Shown here piece after piece: positions 1 to 11,431 of a stretch of 47,191 nucleotides of DNA. The position numbers were made by a program, and so were the translations under genes. Source of the stretch: an uncultured Gammaproteobacteria bacterium (lineage in GTDB: Bacteria > Patescibacteriota > Patescibacteriia > Patescibacteriales > JAKAJF01). Numbering within the stretch: position 1 is the first letter of the stretch; the number at the start of each line of letters is the position of its first letter. The stretch covers positions 221-47,411 of the forward strand of contig CAYHWE010000001.1 of assembly GCA_964360445.1 (NCBI GenBank), written 5' to 3'. The notes below the pieces were generated by a model, which saw only the letters and a program-made list of their open reading frames with translations, did not search any database and was not told where the DNA came from.

Positions 1-2
1 TG

Positions 3-734
3 ACTTTGGGCATTGAAACAATGGGCGGCGTATCGACTCCGATCATTGAAAGGAACACTACGATCCCGACTTCAAAATCCCAGATCTTCTCAACCGCGGC
101 TGACAATCAGCCAAGTGTTGAAATCAAGGTTTTACAAGGCGAACGTCCGATGGCGAACGATAATAAAGTATTGGGCAGGTTCATGCTAGACGGCATCCCG
201 CCGGCTCCACGCGGCGTTCCGCAGGTTGAAGTGAAATTCGATATCGATGCGAACGGAATCTTGCATGTGAGCGCGAAAGATAAAGCGACAAATAAAGAGC
301 AGAAAATCACGATTACATCATCTTCCGGTTTGAGCAAGGAAGAAGTGGAGAAAATGAAAAAGGATGCGGAATTGCATGCGGAAGAAGATAAGAAGAAAAA
401 AGAAAATGCCGAAACAAAGAATCAGGCTGACGCGGTCGTCTTTACGACTGAAAAGATGATCAAGGAATCAGGAGACAAGATGAAGCCGGAAGACAAGAAA
501 GAGTTGGAAGAAAAATTAGAAGCTTTGAAGAAAGTGAAAGATACGGATCAGGTTGAAGAAATTAAAAAGAATCTGGAGGAGTTGAATAATGTCGCGCAAA
601 GGATCGGCGCGGCGATGTATTCCGCCCAAGGCGGACAGACAGCCGGCGAACAGGCGAGCGGACCAGAAGCGGGAGCTGAAGGAGGCGAGAAAAAAGAAGG
701 TCCGGTTGAGGGAGAATTTGAGGAGAAGAAATAA
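3..734 (+). CDS. dnaK: Molecular chaperone DnaK (Hsp70), C-terminal part; 5' end lies outside the window
   Basis: Motifs [28 protein letters not shown] and [23 protein letters not shown]; upstream of dnaJ. Confidence 0.98.
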   Translation, partial: TLGIETMGGVSTPIIERNTTIPTSKSQIFSTAADNQPSVEIKVLQGERPMANDNKVLGRFMLDGIPPAPRGVPQVEVKFDIDANGILHVSAKDKATNKEQKITITSSSGLSKEEVEKMKKDAELHAEEDKKKKENAETKNQADAVVFTTEKMIKESGDKMKPEDKKELEEKLEALKKVKDTDQVEEIKKNLEELNNVAQRIGAAMYSAQGGQTAGEQASGPEAGAEGGEKKEGPVEGEFEEKK

Positions 735-801
735 TTATATTCTCATTGGTTGCCTGTTTAAAAAAACAGGCAACTTGCTGATAATAAAATTTTTAAAATT
801 T

Positions 802-1092
802 ATGACAAACAAACCTCAACAACCAAATGAGATCCAGATCGTAGATAATATTCCAGGTTCGGAGTATGCCAATCTTATGCAGATCGGGAATCCTAATAGG
901 GATGAATTCCATATACAGTTCATAACCGTTTCCGGATTGAGCGGAAGAGTGGTAAGTAAAGTCATTACTAATCCGGGCCATTTCAAGAGGATGGTGGCGG
1001 TAATGAACGGCATGGTAGAGAAATATGAGGCGCAATATGGTAAGATAGTTGAAGCGCCTGATTTGGATAAGGAAATCGGATTCAAGGCTTAG
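802..1092 (+). CDS. DUF3467-like small protein (96 aa)
   Basis: ATG at 802; ..EYAN..I....DEF...F pattern and C-terminal EIGF; family assigned by recognition only. Confidence 0.6.
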   Translation: MTNKPQQPNEIQIVDNIPGSEYANLMQIGNPNRDEFHIQFITVSGLSGRVVSKVITNPGHFKRMVAVMNGMVEKYEAQYGKIVEAPDLDKEIGFKA

Positions 1093-1107
1093 TTTTAAAA
1101 AATAAAA

Positions 1108-1128
1108 AGGCGAACGCTCGGTTCGCCT
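1108..1128 (-). terminator. Intrinsic terminator hairpin, possibly bidirectional
   Basis: aggcgaac-gctcg-gttcgcct, with an A run on its left that reads as a T run on the minus strand. Confidence 0.6.
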
Positions 1129-1156
1129 CTGTATTTATTGCTTTCTGACTGTTTGT

Positions 1157-1246
1157 TTAACGATTATCATATTCTATGTCCGGTTCGGGGCGCATGACGA
1201 TAAGCAAAAGAAGGACCCATAGAAGAATGAATATTTTTCTGATCAT
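1157..1246 (-). CDS. Putative 29-aa hydrophobic micro-protein MIRKIFILLWVLLLLIVMRPEPDIEYDNR
   Basis: Translated by hand. SD AAAGGAGGG at 1251-1259; TTGAAA(1307-1312)-17 bp-TACAAT(1284-1289) promoter; hairpin 1108-1128 followed by a minus-strand T run. Confidence 0.6.
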   Translation of the reverse strand: MIRKIFILLWVLLLLIVMRPEPDIEYDNR

Positions 1247-1313
1247 AATACCCTCCTTTAAGAAATGAACTGCTATTAAATATATTGTAAGCCAATTGAT
1301 TTAAAATTTCAAT

Positions 1314-2393
1314 ATGTCAAAAGATTACTATAAAATTTTAGGCGTTGATAGGGGCGCGTCGCAGGAAGATGTTAAGAAGGCGTTCCGTAAATTGGCGCAT
1401 CAATATCATCCTGATAAAACCGGCGGCGATGAGGAAAAATTTAAGGAAATAAATGAAGCTTATCAGGTTTTGGGAGATCCGAATAAGCGCGCGAAGTATG
1501 ACCAATTCGGTTCATCTTTTGAAAGCGGCCAGGCCGGCGGCGGATTCCATGGCTTTGAAGGCTTCAGGGATTTCCAGGGATTTTCAGAAGGTTTTAATAT
1601 CAATATGGATGATCTCGGCGATGTGTTCGGAGATGTTTTTGGGTTTGGCAAGGAAAAAAAAGAGGGGAAAGCGAGACGGGGGAGTGACATAGAAGTCGAT
1701 TTGTCGATAGAATTCATGGAAGCTGTTTTCGGGATTGAAAAAGAATTGAGCATCAATAAGCGCGCGCAATGCGAGAAATGCCATGGCAATGGGATCGAGC
1801 CGGGAGCGAAGGTCGATATATGCAAGACATGCGCGGGAACAGGACGCGTTACGAAAATGCAAAGGACATTTTTCGGCAATATGCAGGTGCAGATGACCTG
1901 TTCGGAATGCGGAGGCGAAGGGAAGACTTATAGCCAGAAATGCGCAAAATGCCATGGCGTCGGCAATATAAAGGAAACTGTAAATCTAAAAGTGAAAATT
2001 CCGGCCGGCATAGATGACGGGCAGACTATCCGTTTAGCCGGACAAGGCGAGGCCGGTTCAAAGGGCGGCCCGGCAGGTGATTTATATTTAAGGATAAGCG
2101 TAAGAAAAGATAGGAGATTTGAGCGGGAAGGGCATGATATCCGCTCCAAGGTTAATATCAATTTTACGCAGGCGGCTTTAGGTGATAAGATAGATGTGGA
2201 GACGGTTGACGGGCCGGTAGAATTAAAAATTCCGGACGGAACCCAGTCAGGAACCGTATTCAAATTAAAGGGAAAAGGCGTGACAAGGTTGAACGGCCAC
2301 GGCCGCGGCGACCATCTTGTCGAAATAATAGTAAAAACCCCGACAGGTCTTAATCGAAAACAAAAAGATCTGTTGAAAGAATCGGGATTATAA
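1314..2393 (+). CDS. dnaJ: Chaperone DnaJ
   Basis: J domain with HPD, G/F-rich region, four CxxCxGxG repeats. Confidence 0.98.
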   Translation: MSKDYYKILGVDRGASQEDVKKAFRKLAHQYHPDKTGGDEEKFKEINEAYQVLGDPNKRAKYDQFGSSFESGQAGGGFHGFEGFRDFQGFSEGFNINMDDLGDVFGDVFGFGKEKKEGKARRGSDIEVDLSIEFMEAVFGIEKELSINKRAQCEKCHGNGIEPGAKVDICKTCAGTGRVTKMQRTFFGNMQVQMTCSECGGEGKTYSQKCAKCHGVGNIKETVNLKVKIPAGIDDGQTIRLAGQGEAGSKGGPAGDLYLRISVRKDRRFEREGHDIRSKVNINFTQAALGDKIDVETVDGPVELKIPDGTQSGTVFKLKGKGVTRLNGHGRGDHLVEIIVKTPTGLNRKQKDLLKESGL

Positions 2394-2422
2394 ATATGGA
2401 AAATTTCGAAAAAGGAGGTTAT

Positions 2423-2764
2423 ATGCCGGATAATGATTGTCTTGATATGGCAATTCTTAACGGGATCATCGAGGAATTAAAAAAAGACACCGTAAAGGAA
2501 GGCGAGGAAAGGACTGAAATTTCTTTGCCGATTCTGGTCGGCGTTTACGCGAAAAGGGCGGGTTTGGCGAAGACATCCGATCCTTCTGTTATGAATAAAA
2601 TAATAGAGGAATTGGACAAGCAAGATATTCTTTATGATCGCAGGATCGCCATATCCCTCCTTGGAAATGCGGAAAAGACTAATATGACGCCGCCATCCAG
2701 GAAAAGGCCTCTTGGCCCCGGGAGTAAGGGGATTGATAGATCAATTCCCGTAGGCGACAAATAA
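2423..2764 (+). CDS. Hypothetical protein
   Basis: AAAGGAGG before ATG 2423 (alternative start 2396); hairpin after the stop. Confidence 0.6.
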   Translation: MPDNDCLDMAILNGIIEELKKDTVKEGEERTEISLPILVGVYAKRAGLAKTSDPSVMNKIIEELDKQDILYDRRIAISLLGNAEKTNMTPPSRKRPLGPGSKGIDRSIPVGDK

Positions 2765-2889
2765 AAGGCGCTTTTTTATTGAGAAGCGCCATTTTATTTG
2801 ACTTTTAACCTGTAAATAATATAAAATAGTAATATAAGCGATTTTGTTAATAATCAAGGACCATTGCGGCCTTGTTTATTTTGTTATTT

Positions 2890-3162
2890 ATGGATAATAA
2901 AGAGGAAAAACAGCCGAAAGAGAGTGGAAATGCCTGGTGGGCGCCGGCCTTGTTGATCTTTGCAAGATTATCCGGTTGGATATTTTTTCCTGTAATATTG
3001 GCTATTTTTGTCGGAAGATGGTTAGATGAAAAATATAGCTCGCATCCCTGGCTGTCGCTTTTAAGCATCGGAGCGGCGTTCGTTATTTCTATGTTCGGAT
3101 TAGCCTCTAACGCAATCAAGGAGCTGAATAAATGGAATAAAGAAAATAAGGATAAAAAATAG
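2890..3162 (+). CDS. AtpZ/AtpI-family ATP synthase accessory membrane protein
   Basis: Two TM segments with G.WLD.KY...PW motif; first gene of the atp operon. Confidence 0.85.
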   Translation: MDNKEEKQPKESGNAWWAPALLIFARLSGWIFFPVILAIFVGRWLDEKYSSHPWLSLLSIGAAFVISMFGLASNAIKELNKWNKENKDKK

Positions 3163-3175
3163 GATTTTAAATACT

Positions 3176-4027
3176 ATGTGCACAGAAGAACAATTGGAAA
3201 CATGTCCGGATGAAGCCAATGCCGAGATTATTCATGAAACGACTATTTTCGCCGAGCCGATTTTCAATATCGGCAGTTTTCATGTGACTAATTCATTGCT
3301 GAATTCATGGTTAGTGGTCTTTATTGTCGTTATCATCAGCCTGATCGTCAGGTCGAAAGTAAGCGCCGTGCCGCAAAAATTGCAGAATGTCTTTGAAATG
3401 GTGATCGAGATGTTTTTGGGAGTTTTTGATTCCGTAACAGGTTCAAGAGAAAAGTCATTGAAATTTTTCCCTCTCGTATTCAGTTTTTTCATTTTCATCC
3501 TGCTGAATAATTGGCTCGGGCTGCTTCCCGGCATCGGTTCTATCGGAAATGTCATCGCCGAACATGGCGAGAAAATTTTCGTCCCTTATTTCAGGGGCGG
3601 GACGGCGGACCTGAATACGACCCTGGCGCTTGCAATTATCGGAGTCGTGGCAAGCCATATCATCGGCGTAACGGCAGTCGGCGTCTGGCATTATCTGAAT
3701 AAATTCATCAATATCAAGGCATTATTGGAAATCCCTAAAAAAGTCTTTAAAGAACCGACGATATTGATAATCAATCCGATCAAGATTTTCGTAGGGCTTA
3801 TCGAACTGACAGGGGAAGTTGCCAAGGTAGCCAGCCTTTCTTTCCGTCTTTTCGGAAATATTTTCGCAGGCGAAGTCCTGCTCGCGTCCATGTCCGCGAT
3901 TTTAGCCTTTGTGCTGCCGATCCCGTTCATGTTTTTAGAGATAATAGTCGGCTTGATACAGGCATTGATTTTTGCTATGCTGATTCTGGTATATTTATCG
4001 ATAAATACAAGCCACGAAGAACATTAA
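3176..4027 (+). CDS. atpB: F0F1 ATP synthase subunit a
   Basis: SLSFRLFGNIFAGE and GLIQALIF motifs. Confidence 0.97.
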   Translation: MCTEEQLETCPDEANAEIIHETTIFAEPIFNIGSFHVTNSLLNSWLVVFIVVIISLIVRSKVSAVPQKLQNVFEMVIEMFLGVFDSVTGSREKSLKFFPLVFSFFIFILLNNWLGLLPGIGSIGNVIAEHGEKIFVPYFRGGTADLNTTLALAIIGVVASHIIGVTAVGVWHYLNKFINIKALLEIPKKVFKEPTILIINPIKIFVGLIELTGEVAKVASLSFRLFGNIFAGEVLLASMSAILAFVLPIPFMFLEIIVGLIQALIFAMLILVYLSINTSHEEH

Positions 4028-4126
4028 GTATGATTCTTAATTTCTAATTTCCAATTTTGAATTGAAAATTAAATCATTGAGAATTGTTTGAAAATTGAAA
4101 ATTAGAAATTAAGAATTAATATATAA

Positions 4127-4396
<270 letters not shown>

Positions 4397-4563
4397 TGCT
4401 ATGACTGGGAGAGGTTAAAGTTTTAGCCTCCCCGTCTCATATTGTTATCAGTAATGTAAAATGCAAAAATCAAAAATCAAAATGACAGTGTAAAATTTAA
4501 AATCATTTTTACATTTTCAATTGTCATTTTACATTTTTATATTTACACTTTAATTTAAACATC

Positions 4564-5052
4564 ATGGAGAGCCTTATTGAAACATTTCATATCGATATAA
4601 AGTTATTATCAGCCCAGGCTGTAAATTTCGCGATAGTGTTTTTTGCCCTGTATTTTTTCGCTTTGAAGCCGTTGATGAAAGTCATGCGGGAAAGGACGCA
4701 AAAAATCGAAAAGAGCCTGGATGACGCGAAGCAGATTGAAGAAAAACTGAATCAGGCGAAAGAGGAATACAATATCATCATCGCCCAGGCCAAGAGAGAA
4801 TCGAATGAGCTCCTGGAAAAAGCGAACAGGACGGCTGAGGAAAAGAAAAAGGAAATCGTCGCTAAATCAAAAGATGAGATCGGGCAGGTCATAAACCAGG
4901 AAAAAGCCAAGATGCAGGCCGAAAAGGCGCAGATATTGAAAGACATAAAAAAAGATGTTTCTTCTTTGGTTGCCGATTCGCTGGAAAAGATCCTGGGAGA
5001 AAAGATAGATCTGAAAAAAGATAAGGAATTGATCAAAAAGATAATAAAATAA
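4564..5052 (+). CDS. atpF: ATP synthase subunit b
   Basis: N-terminal TM (AQAVNF...KP) followed by a coiled coil; operon position. Confidence 0.95.
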   Translation: MESLIETFHIDIKLLSAQAVNFAIVFFALYFFALKPLMKVMRERTQKIEKSLDDAKQIEEKLNQAKEEYNIIIAQAKRESNELLEKANRTAEEKKKEIVAKSKDEIGQVINQEKAKMQAEKAQILKDIKKDVSSLVADSLEKILGEKIDLKKDKELIKKIIK

Positions 5053-5053
5053 G

Positions 5054-5455
5054 ATGAAATATACATCAAAGCATTATGCTACAACCCTTTTCCGGATAAT
5101 TGACGGCAAAAAAGCCGCTGATGTTGATGCTGTCCTGAAAAGTTTCGTTGAAACGCTTGCCGAGAACAGTCAGATCGGAAAAGCAAAGGGCATAATTGAT
5201 GAATTCGCGAGAATCTGGAATAGGGAAAAGGGGATGGTTGAGGCGGAAGTAATAAGCGCGAATGTATTGGACGAGGAGACGGCCGAAGAGCTGAAAAAAT
5301 ATATCGCCGATGCGTCGGGAAAAAAGAAAGTTGAAATCAATAACAAGATCGATAAGAAAATATTGGGAGGAGCGGTAATCAAATATGAGGATAAGATAAT
5401 AGACGGAAGTTTGAAGACAAGGATATCTGAATTGAGAGAGAGGTTGATTAAATAA
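5054..5455 (+). CDS. atpH: ATP synthase subunit delta, short 133-aa form
   Basis: C-terminal ILGG..I...D.IIDGSL motif; operon position. Confidence 0.92.
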   Translation: MKYTSKHYATTLFRIIDGKKAADVDAVLKSFVETLAENSQIGKAKGIIDEFARIWNREKGMVEAEVISANVLDEETAEELKKYIADASGKKKVEINNKIDKKILGGAVIKYEDKIIDGSLKTRISELRERLIK

Positions 5456-5553
5456 ATCAAAATGCAAAAATCAAAATGCAAAATTATAATGCAAAAATTT
5501 TAAAATTTTAAATTGTCATTTTCCATTTTGATTTTTAAATTTTACACTAATAT

Positions 5554-7062
5554 ATGAGCATAACAAAGGATTTCATCATTGAACAATTAAAAGAGCAGAT
5601 AGCTGACTTTAAGGCGGACGCGAAAAAGGAAACTGTCGGTTATGTGACGGAAGTCGGAGACGGCATCGCGAGGATTTCAGGGCTGACTGACGTCATGATG
5701 TCGGAAATGCTTGAATTCAAGACTGAGGGCGGAAAAGCTTACGGCGTGGCTTTGAACCTGGAAGAAGACAGCGTCGGCGCTATCATTTTAGGCGATCACA
5801 CCGGGGTGAAAGAGGGCGCTTTGGTAAAAGCGACAAGGAGGATTTTGGAAGTACCGGTCGGAAACGAGATGATCGGACGCGTAATCAATCCATTGGGCGA
5901 AGCCGTTGACGGCAAGGGGGATATCGATACGGGTAAGCATTATCCTATTGAAAAAATCGCTCCCGGCGTAATCGCCCGCCAGTCAGTCAACCAGCCCTTG
6001 CAGACCGGCATCAAATCGATCGACGCTATGATTCCGATCGGACGCGGACAGAGAGAACTGATCATCGGCGACAGGCAGATCGGCAAGACTTCTATCGCAA
6101 TCGACACAATCATCAACCAAAGAGGCCAGGGCGTAAAATGTATTTATGTCGCTGTCGGGCAAAAGGAGTCAAAAATCGCCGGCATTGTTGCTAAATTGGA
6201 AGAAACGGGCGCCATGGAATACACGACAGTAGTATTGGCAGGCGCTTCTGATCCGGCATCTTTGTTATACATCGCTCCATACTCCGGCACCGCTTTGGCT
6301 GAATATTTCTTAGACAAGGGTGAAGATGTCCTGATTGTCTATGATGATTTATCCAAGCACGCTGTCGCTTATCGTGAAATTTCTCTATTGCTCCGAAGAC
6401 CGCCGGGACGCGAAGCTTATCCGGGAGATGTTTTCTATTTACACTCAAGGCTTTTGGAAAGAGCTTGCCGCCTGAATAAAGAGCACGGCGGAGGTTCGAT
6501 CACCGCTTTGCCTATCATTGAAACACAGGCTGGCGACGTGTCAGCTTACATTCCTACAAACGTGATTTCTATCACTGACGGTCAGATTTATCTTGAACCG
6601 GATCTGTTTTACAAAGGCAATCGTCCGGCTGTGAACGCAGGCCTTTCCGTGTCCCGCGTAGGCAGCTCAGCGCAGATCAAGCCGATGAAAAAAGTTGCAG
6701 GAAAGATGAGGTTGGAAGCCGCTCAGTTCCGCGAATTAGCCGCTTTTGCCCAGTTCGGTTCTGACTTGGACGCGGAAACAAAAGCAAAATTGGAAAGAGG
6801 GAAGAGATTGACTGAAGTTTTAAAACAAGATGTATATTCTCCATTGCCGGTAGCGAACCAGGTATTAGTATTCTACGCTTTGATCAATGGATTTATCGAT
6901 GATGTAAAAGTAGAGGATGTGATAAAATGGGAAGCCGGTTTGCATAGATATGCAGAAACAAACGGAGAAGCAGTTTTAACAGAAATCACAAAGGGGGAAT
7001 ATAGTGATGAGTTAGAGGTGAAAATGAAATCTTTGATTTCTGATTATAAATCAACATTGTAA
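5554..7062 (+). CDS. atpA: ATP synthase subunit alpha
   Basis: GDRQIGKT and [23 protein letters not shown]. Confidence 0.99.
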   Translation: MSITKDFIIEQLKEQIADFKADAKKETVGYVTEVGDGIARISGLTDVMMSEMLEFKTEGGKAYGVALNLEEDSVGAIILGDHTGVKEGALVKATRRILEVPVGNEMIGRVINPLGEAVDGKGDIDTGKHYPIEKIAPGVIARQSVNQPLQTGIKSIDAMIPIGRGQRELIIGDRQIGKTSIAIDTIINQRGQGVKCIYVAVGQKESKIAGIVAKLEETGAMEYTTVVLAGASDPASLLYIAPYSGTALAEYFLDKGEDVLIVYDDLSKHAVAYREISLLLRRPPGREAYPGDVFYLHSRLLERACRLNKEHGGGSITALPIIETQAGDVSAYIPTNVISITDGQIYLEPDLFYKGNRPAVNAGLSVSRVGSSAQIKPMKKVAGKMRLEAAQFRELAAFAQFGSDLDAETKAKLERGKRLTEVLKQDVYSPLPVANQVLVFYALINGFIDDVKVEDVIKWEAGLHRYAETNGEAVLTEITKGEYSDELEVKMKSLISDYKSTL

Positions 7063-7110
7063 TTTTTACTCCCCATTAGCAAGGGGGAGATTAAGAGGGG
7101 GTATAATAAA

Positions 7111-8055
7111 ATGGCAAAAACCAAGGAAATAAAATCAAGGATAAAATCTGTTTCCAATACGAAAAAGATCACGAGAGCGATGGAGATGGTTTCAGCCGCA
7201 AAGATGCGAAAAGCGATCGAGGCTGTTTTGCGCACCAGGACTTACGCGAATTTGAGCTGGGAGACGGTCTTGAATTTGTCTCAGGCTTTAAGGAATGGCA
7301 ACGGCGGCTATGTCCATCCCTTGCTTGCGAAGAGAGAAAATATCAGGAAGATCGGAGTCGTGCTGTTTACCTCGAACCGCGGATTATGCGGAGGGTTCAA
7401 TGCAGCCGTGATAAACAAGATCCAGAAATATGTTGAAAATTCAGGCGGAGCGGAAGTCGATTTCTTCTTGGTCGGGAAAAAAGGCGTTGCCATCCATAAG
7501 AATTACGGATACAATATTGTCGCGGAATTTTCAAAATTGGATCTGTCTTCGGAGGTGAAAGAAATAATTCCGGTCGCGAATATGGCGATGAATGACTTTT
7601 TGTCAGGCAAATACGATAAGATTTTTGCCGCTTACACTGATTTTGCAAGCGCTTCCAGACAGATTCCTCGCGTTAAGCAATTATTGCCGGTTGATGTCGG
7701 CGCGGAAGATGGGCATTTGGGAATTGTCGGCGAAGATACGAGAGTCGGGATCACAAAAGAGTTTATTGAAGATAAAGAAGAAAAACATATCAGCGGATCG
7801 GAATATACATTCGAGCCAAGCCCGAAAGAAGTTTTGGATGCGATGATCCCGAGGCTGATCGAAGTGCAGCTTTTTCAAGCGTTATTGGAATCGAACGCAT
7901 CCGAGCATAGCGCAAGGATGATGACGATGCATCAGGCGACAGACGCGGCTTCGGAAATGGTCAAGGAATTGACATTATTCTATAACAAAGCAAGACAGGC
8001 GGCGATTACGGCGGAAATCGCGGAAATCGCGGCAGGCGCAGAAGCGTTGAAATAA
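7111..8055 (+). CDS. atpG: ATP synthase subunit gamma
   Basis: KITRAMEMV, RGLCG, SEHSARM and RQAAIT.EI.EI. Confidence 0.98.
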   Translation: MAKTKEIKSRIKSVSNTKKITRAMEMVSAAKMRKAIEAVLRTRTYANLSWETVLNLSQALRNGNGGYVHPLLAKRENIRKIGVVLFTSNRGLCGGFNAAVINKIQKYVENSGGAEVDFFLVGKKGVAIHKNYGYNIVAEFSKLDLSSEVKEIIPVANMAMNDFLSGKYDKIFAAYTDFASASRQIPRVKQLLPVDVGAEDGHLGIVGEDTRVGITKEFIEDKEEKHISGSEYTFEPSPKEVLDAMIPRLIEVQLFQALLESNASEHSARMMTMHQATDAASEMVKELTLFYNKARQAAITAEIAEIAAGAEALK

Positions 8056-8061
8056 GTTTAA

Positions 8062-9456
<1,395 letters not shown>

Positions 9457-9464
9457 TCAAAAAA

Positions 9465-9564
9465 TGTCATTTCGAATGAGCGGCAGCGAGTGAGACCTGC
9501 CTGCGCAGGCAGGAATCTCGGCAATAGCATTTGACGAGATCTCTCGCATCCGCTCGAGATGACA
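9465..9564. repeat. Palindromic intergenic element (TGTCATTTCGA...TCGAGATGACA) with a nested 18-bp palindrome CCTGCCTGCGCAGGCAGG at 9496-9513
   Basis: Terminal inverted arms and internal perfect palindrome read directly. Confidence 0.7.
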
Positions 9565-9572
9565 AAAGAATT

Positions 9573-10007
9573 ATGTCTCAAAAGACAATCAAATTTGAAA
9601 TTGTTACTCCTGAGCGCGTTGTGCTTAAGGAGGAAATCACGCAGGCAACCGTTCCTACAAAGGAAGGGGAGATTACCGTACTTCCGGACCATATCCCGTT
9701 GGTCGCGACTTTGCAGCCTGGGGTGATTGAAATAAAGAACAAGGCTGGGGAAAAGGAAGTAATGGCGGTTTCCGGCGGTTTTATCGAGGTTGTAAAAGAT
9801 AAAATTGTGATATTGGCTGATACGGCAGAAAGAGCTGAGGAAATCAGTGTTGAAAGAGCGGAAGAAGCAAGGAAGAGAGCAGAAGATATCAAGAAGGGCG
9901 CAGCCCATAGGGATGATGTGAATTTCGCGGATGTGACAGCTAAGATTGAAAAGGAATTGGCAAGAGCAAGCGCAGTCAGACGCTGGAGAAGACTCAAAAA
10001 TCTATAA
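9573..10007 (+). CDS. atpC: ATP synthase subunit epsilon
   Basis: IVTPER, GEITVLPDHIPL and VSGGFIEV; ATG 9573 chosen because the upstream extension runs into the repeat. Confidence 0.96.
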   Translation: MSQKTIKFEIVTPERVVLKEEITQATVPTKEGEITVLPDHIPLVATLQPGVIEIKNKAGEKEVMAVSGGFIEVVKDKIVILADTAERAEEISVERAEEARKRAEDIKKGAAHRDDVNFADVTAKIEKELARASAVRRWRRLKNL

Positions 10008-10092
10008 ATTTTAAAAAACGACAGAAGCCGCTTCAGTCGTTTTTATTTTGAGAAATTTTGAATTTGTCATTGCGAGGAGCGGAGCTCCTCAT

Positions 10093-10241
10093 TGTCATTC
10101 CCGACTCGATCGGGAATCCAGGGGTAACTAGTACTAAGGTGAATTTTTTACGAAAACTCTAGAAATAGATTCCTTGAAATTTGTATGAATATCCGCCTTC
10201 CTGCTGGCCGACCCTGGATCCCCGCTTTCGCGAGGATGACA
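10093..10241 (+). mobile_element. ~150-bp MITE-like palindromic element, copy A
   Basis: Left arm TGTCATTCCCGACTCGATCGGGAATCCAGGG, right arm CCCTGGATCCCCGCTTTCGCGAGGATGACA; homologous copies at 10559-10708 and 21311-21408. Confidence 0.75.
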
Positions 10242-10291
10242 GAATTGAGAAAATAAAAAACCCTCTCCGGTGGATTGGAGAGGGCGGTGGG

Positions 10292-10471
10292 TCAATGAGG
10301 AAGGTGTGCGTTGATAGCGAAAATGTATTTATCGATAATGTCGATAATGCCGGGAAAGTATGTATTAATAATCGCTGAAATGATCCCGATTATCCCGAGC
10401 AGTATTAAGGGAGAATATACAATAAGAACTTCTTTATTGTGCTCTCTCCTCATTTTTTTATAATCACGCAT
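10292..10471 (-). CDS. Putative 59-aa single-TM small protein (MRDYKKMRREHNKEVLIVYSPLILLGIIGIISAII...)
   Basis: G-rich SD; TTGACA(10539-10544)-17 bp-TATACT(10516-10521) promoter with extended -10 TG; hairpin ccctctcc/ggagaggg at 10261-10284 plus a T run. Confidence 0.65.
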   Translation of the reverse strand: MRDYKKMRREHNKEVLIVYSPLILLGIIGIISAIINTYFPGIIDIIDKYIFAINAHLPH

Positions 10472-10558
10472 GTGACACCCCCCCTTTATTTTATTTTGAA
10501 AATAACGATAAATATAGTATAGCATAAATTTGTTAATTTGTCAATTACGGGCGTTTAT

Positions 10559-10708
10559 TGTCATTCCCGACTCCGATCGGGAATCCAGGGGTAATCCGTA
10601 ATGAGGTGAAAATTAGTAATAAGATTATAGGAATCGCTTTCTTGAAAATTTGTAAAATATTCAGCTTCCTACGGGTAACCCTGGATCCCCGCTTTCGCGA
10701 GGATGACA
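10559..10708 (+). mobile_element. ~150-bp MITE-like palindromic element, copy B
   Basis: Arms nearly identical to copy A; interior diverged but alignable. Confidence 0.75.
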
Positions 10709-10881
10709 GATGGGGCAAGTAAAAATTATCCACTTGACTTTTAAATAGGGAGGAGTACGATTATCATTGGGATTATCATTGGGTGTGATTTTGAAGGAAT
10801 TCTTCGAAAAAATACCTAAGGATAGTCCTTAAATGTTTTTGAAAAAAATGGAGCCGGACGGTTCCGAAATATAAAAATTTT

Positions 10882-11421
10882 ATGTTGAAGATGTACAGCA
10901 AAATCTTTTCCACTCCGAAGACTGTGATTGATGCAGGATCTTTGGTTTGTAATGACGTTGAAATCAATAATCTCGGAGGACAGATCCAGAAAAAAGTTAA
11001 AAAGCTATTCCGCGGATCTTTAGCTATCAGGGTTGTAACTGCCGGTTCTACGAATGCTTGCGAGCAGGAATTGGTCGCTTTGGGTAATGCTTATTATGAT
11101 GTCGACAGGTTCGGCGTGCATTTTGTCGCGTCTCCGAGACATGCTGACATGCTGATTGTTACCGGTCCGGTTTCCCGCAATATGCGCACTGCTTTGATCA
11201 AGACTTATGAAGCGATGCCGGAACCGAAAATAGTTGTCGCGCTTGGAAACGATGCTATCGATGGCGGTATCTTTAAAGGTTCTTACGCGGTTTTAGACGG
11301 AGTGAAAAATGTTATTCCGGTCAATTTTGAAATTCCGGGAGATCCTCCTTCACCAAAAACGATCATGTGCTATCTTCTTAAAATTTTAGAAGCGATCGAT
11401 AGCAATCCTAAAAATAAGTAA
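10882..11421 (+). CDS. Ehr/group-4 hydrogenase small subunit-like protein (HycG/HyfI/NuoB family) with degenerate Fe-S ligands
   Basis: SPRHADML.VTGPV and YEAMPEPK.VVA motifs; ligand positions read GSTNAC, GNDA and IPGDPP. Confidence 0.9.
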   Translation: MLKMYSKIFSTPKTVIDAGSLVCNDVEINNLGGQIQKKVKKLFRGSLAIRVVTAGSTNACEQELVALGNAYYDVDRFGVHFVASPRHADMLIVTGPVSRNMRTALIKTYEAMPEPKIVVALGNDAIDGGIFKGSYAVLDGVKNVIPVNFEIPGDPPSPKTIMCYLLKILEAIDSNPKNK

Positions 11422-11431
11422 TTAGAAATAT

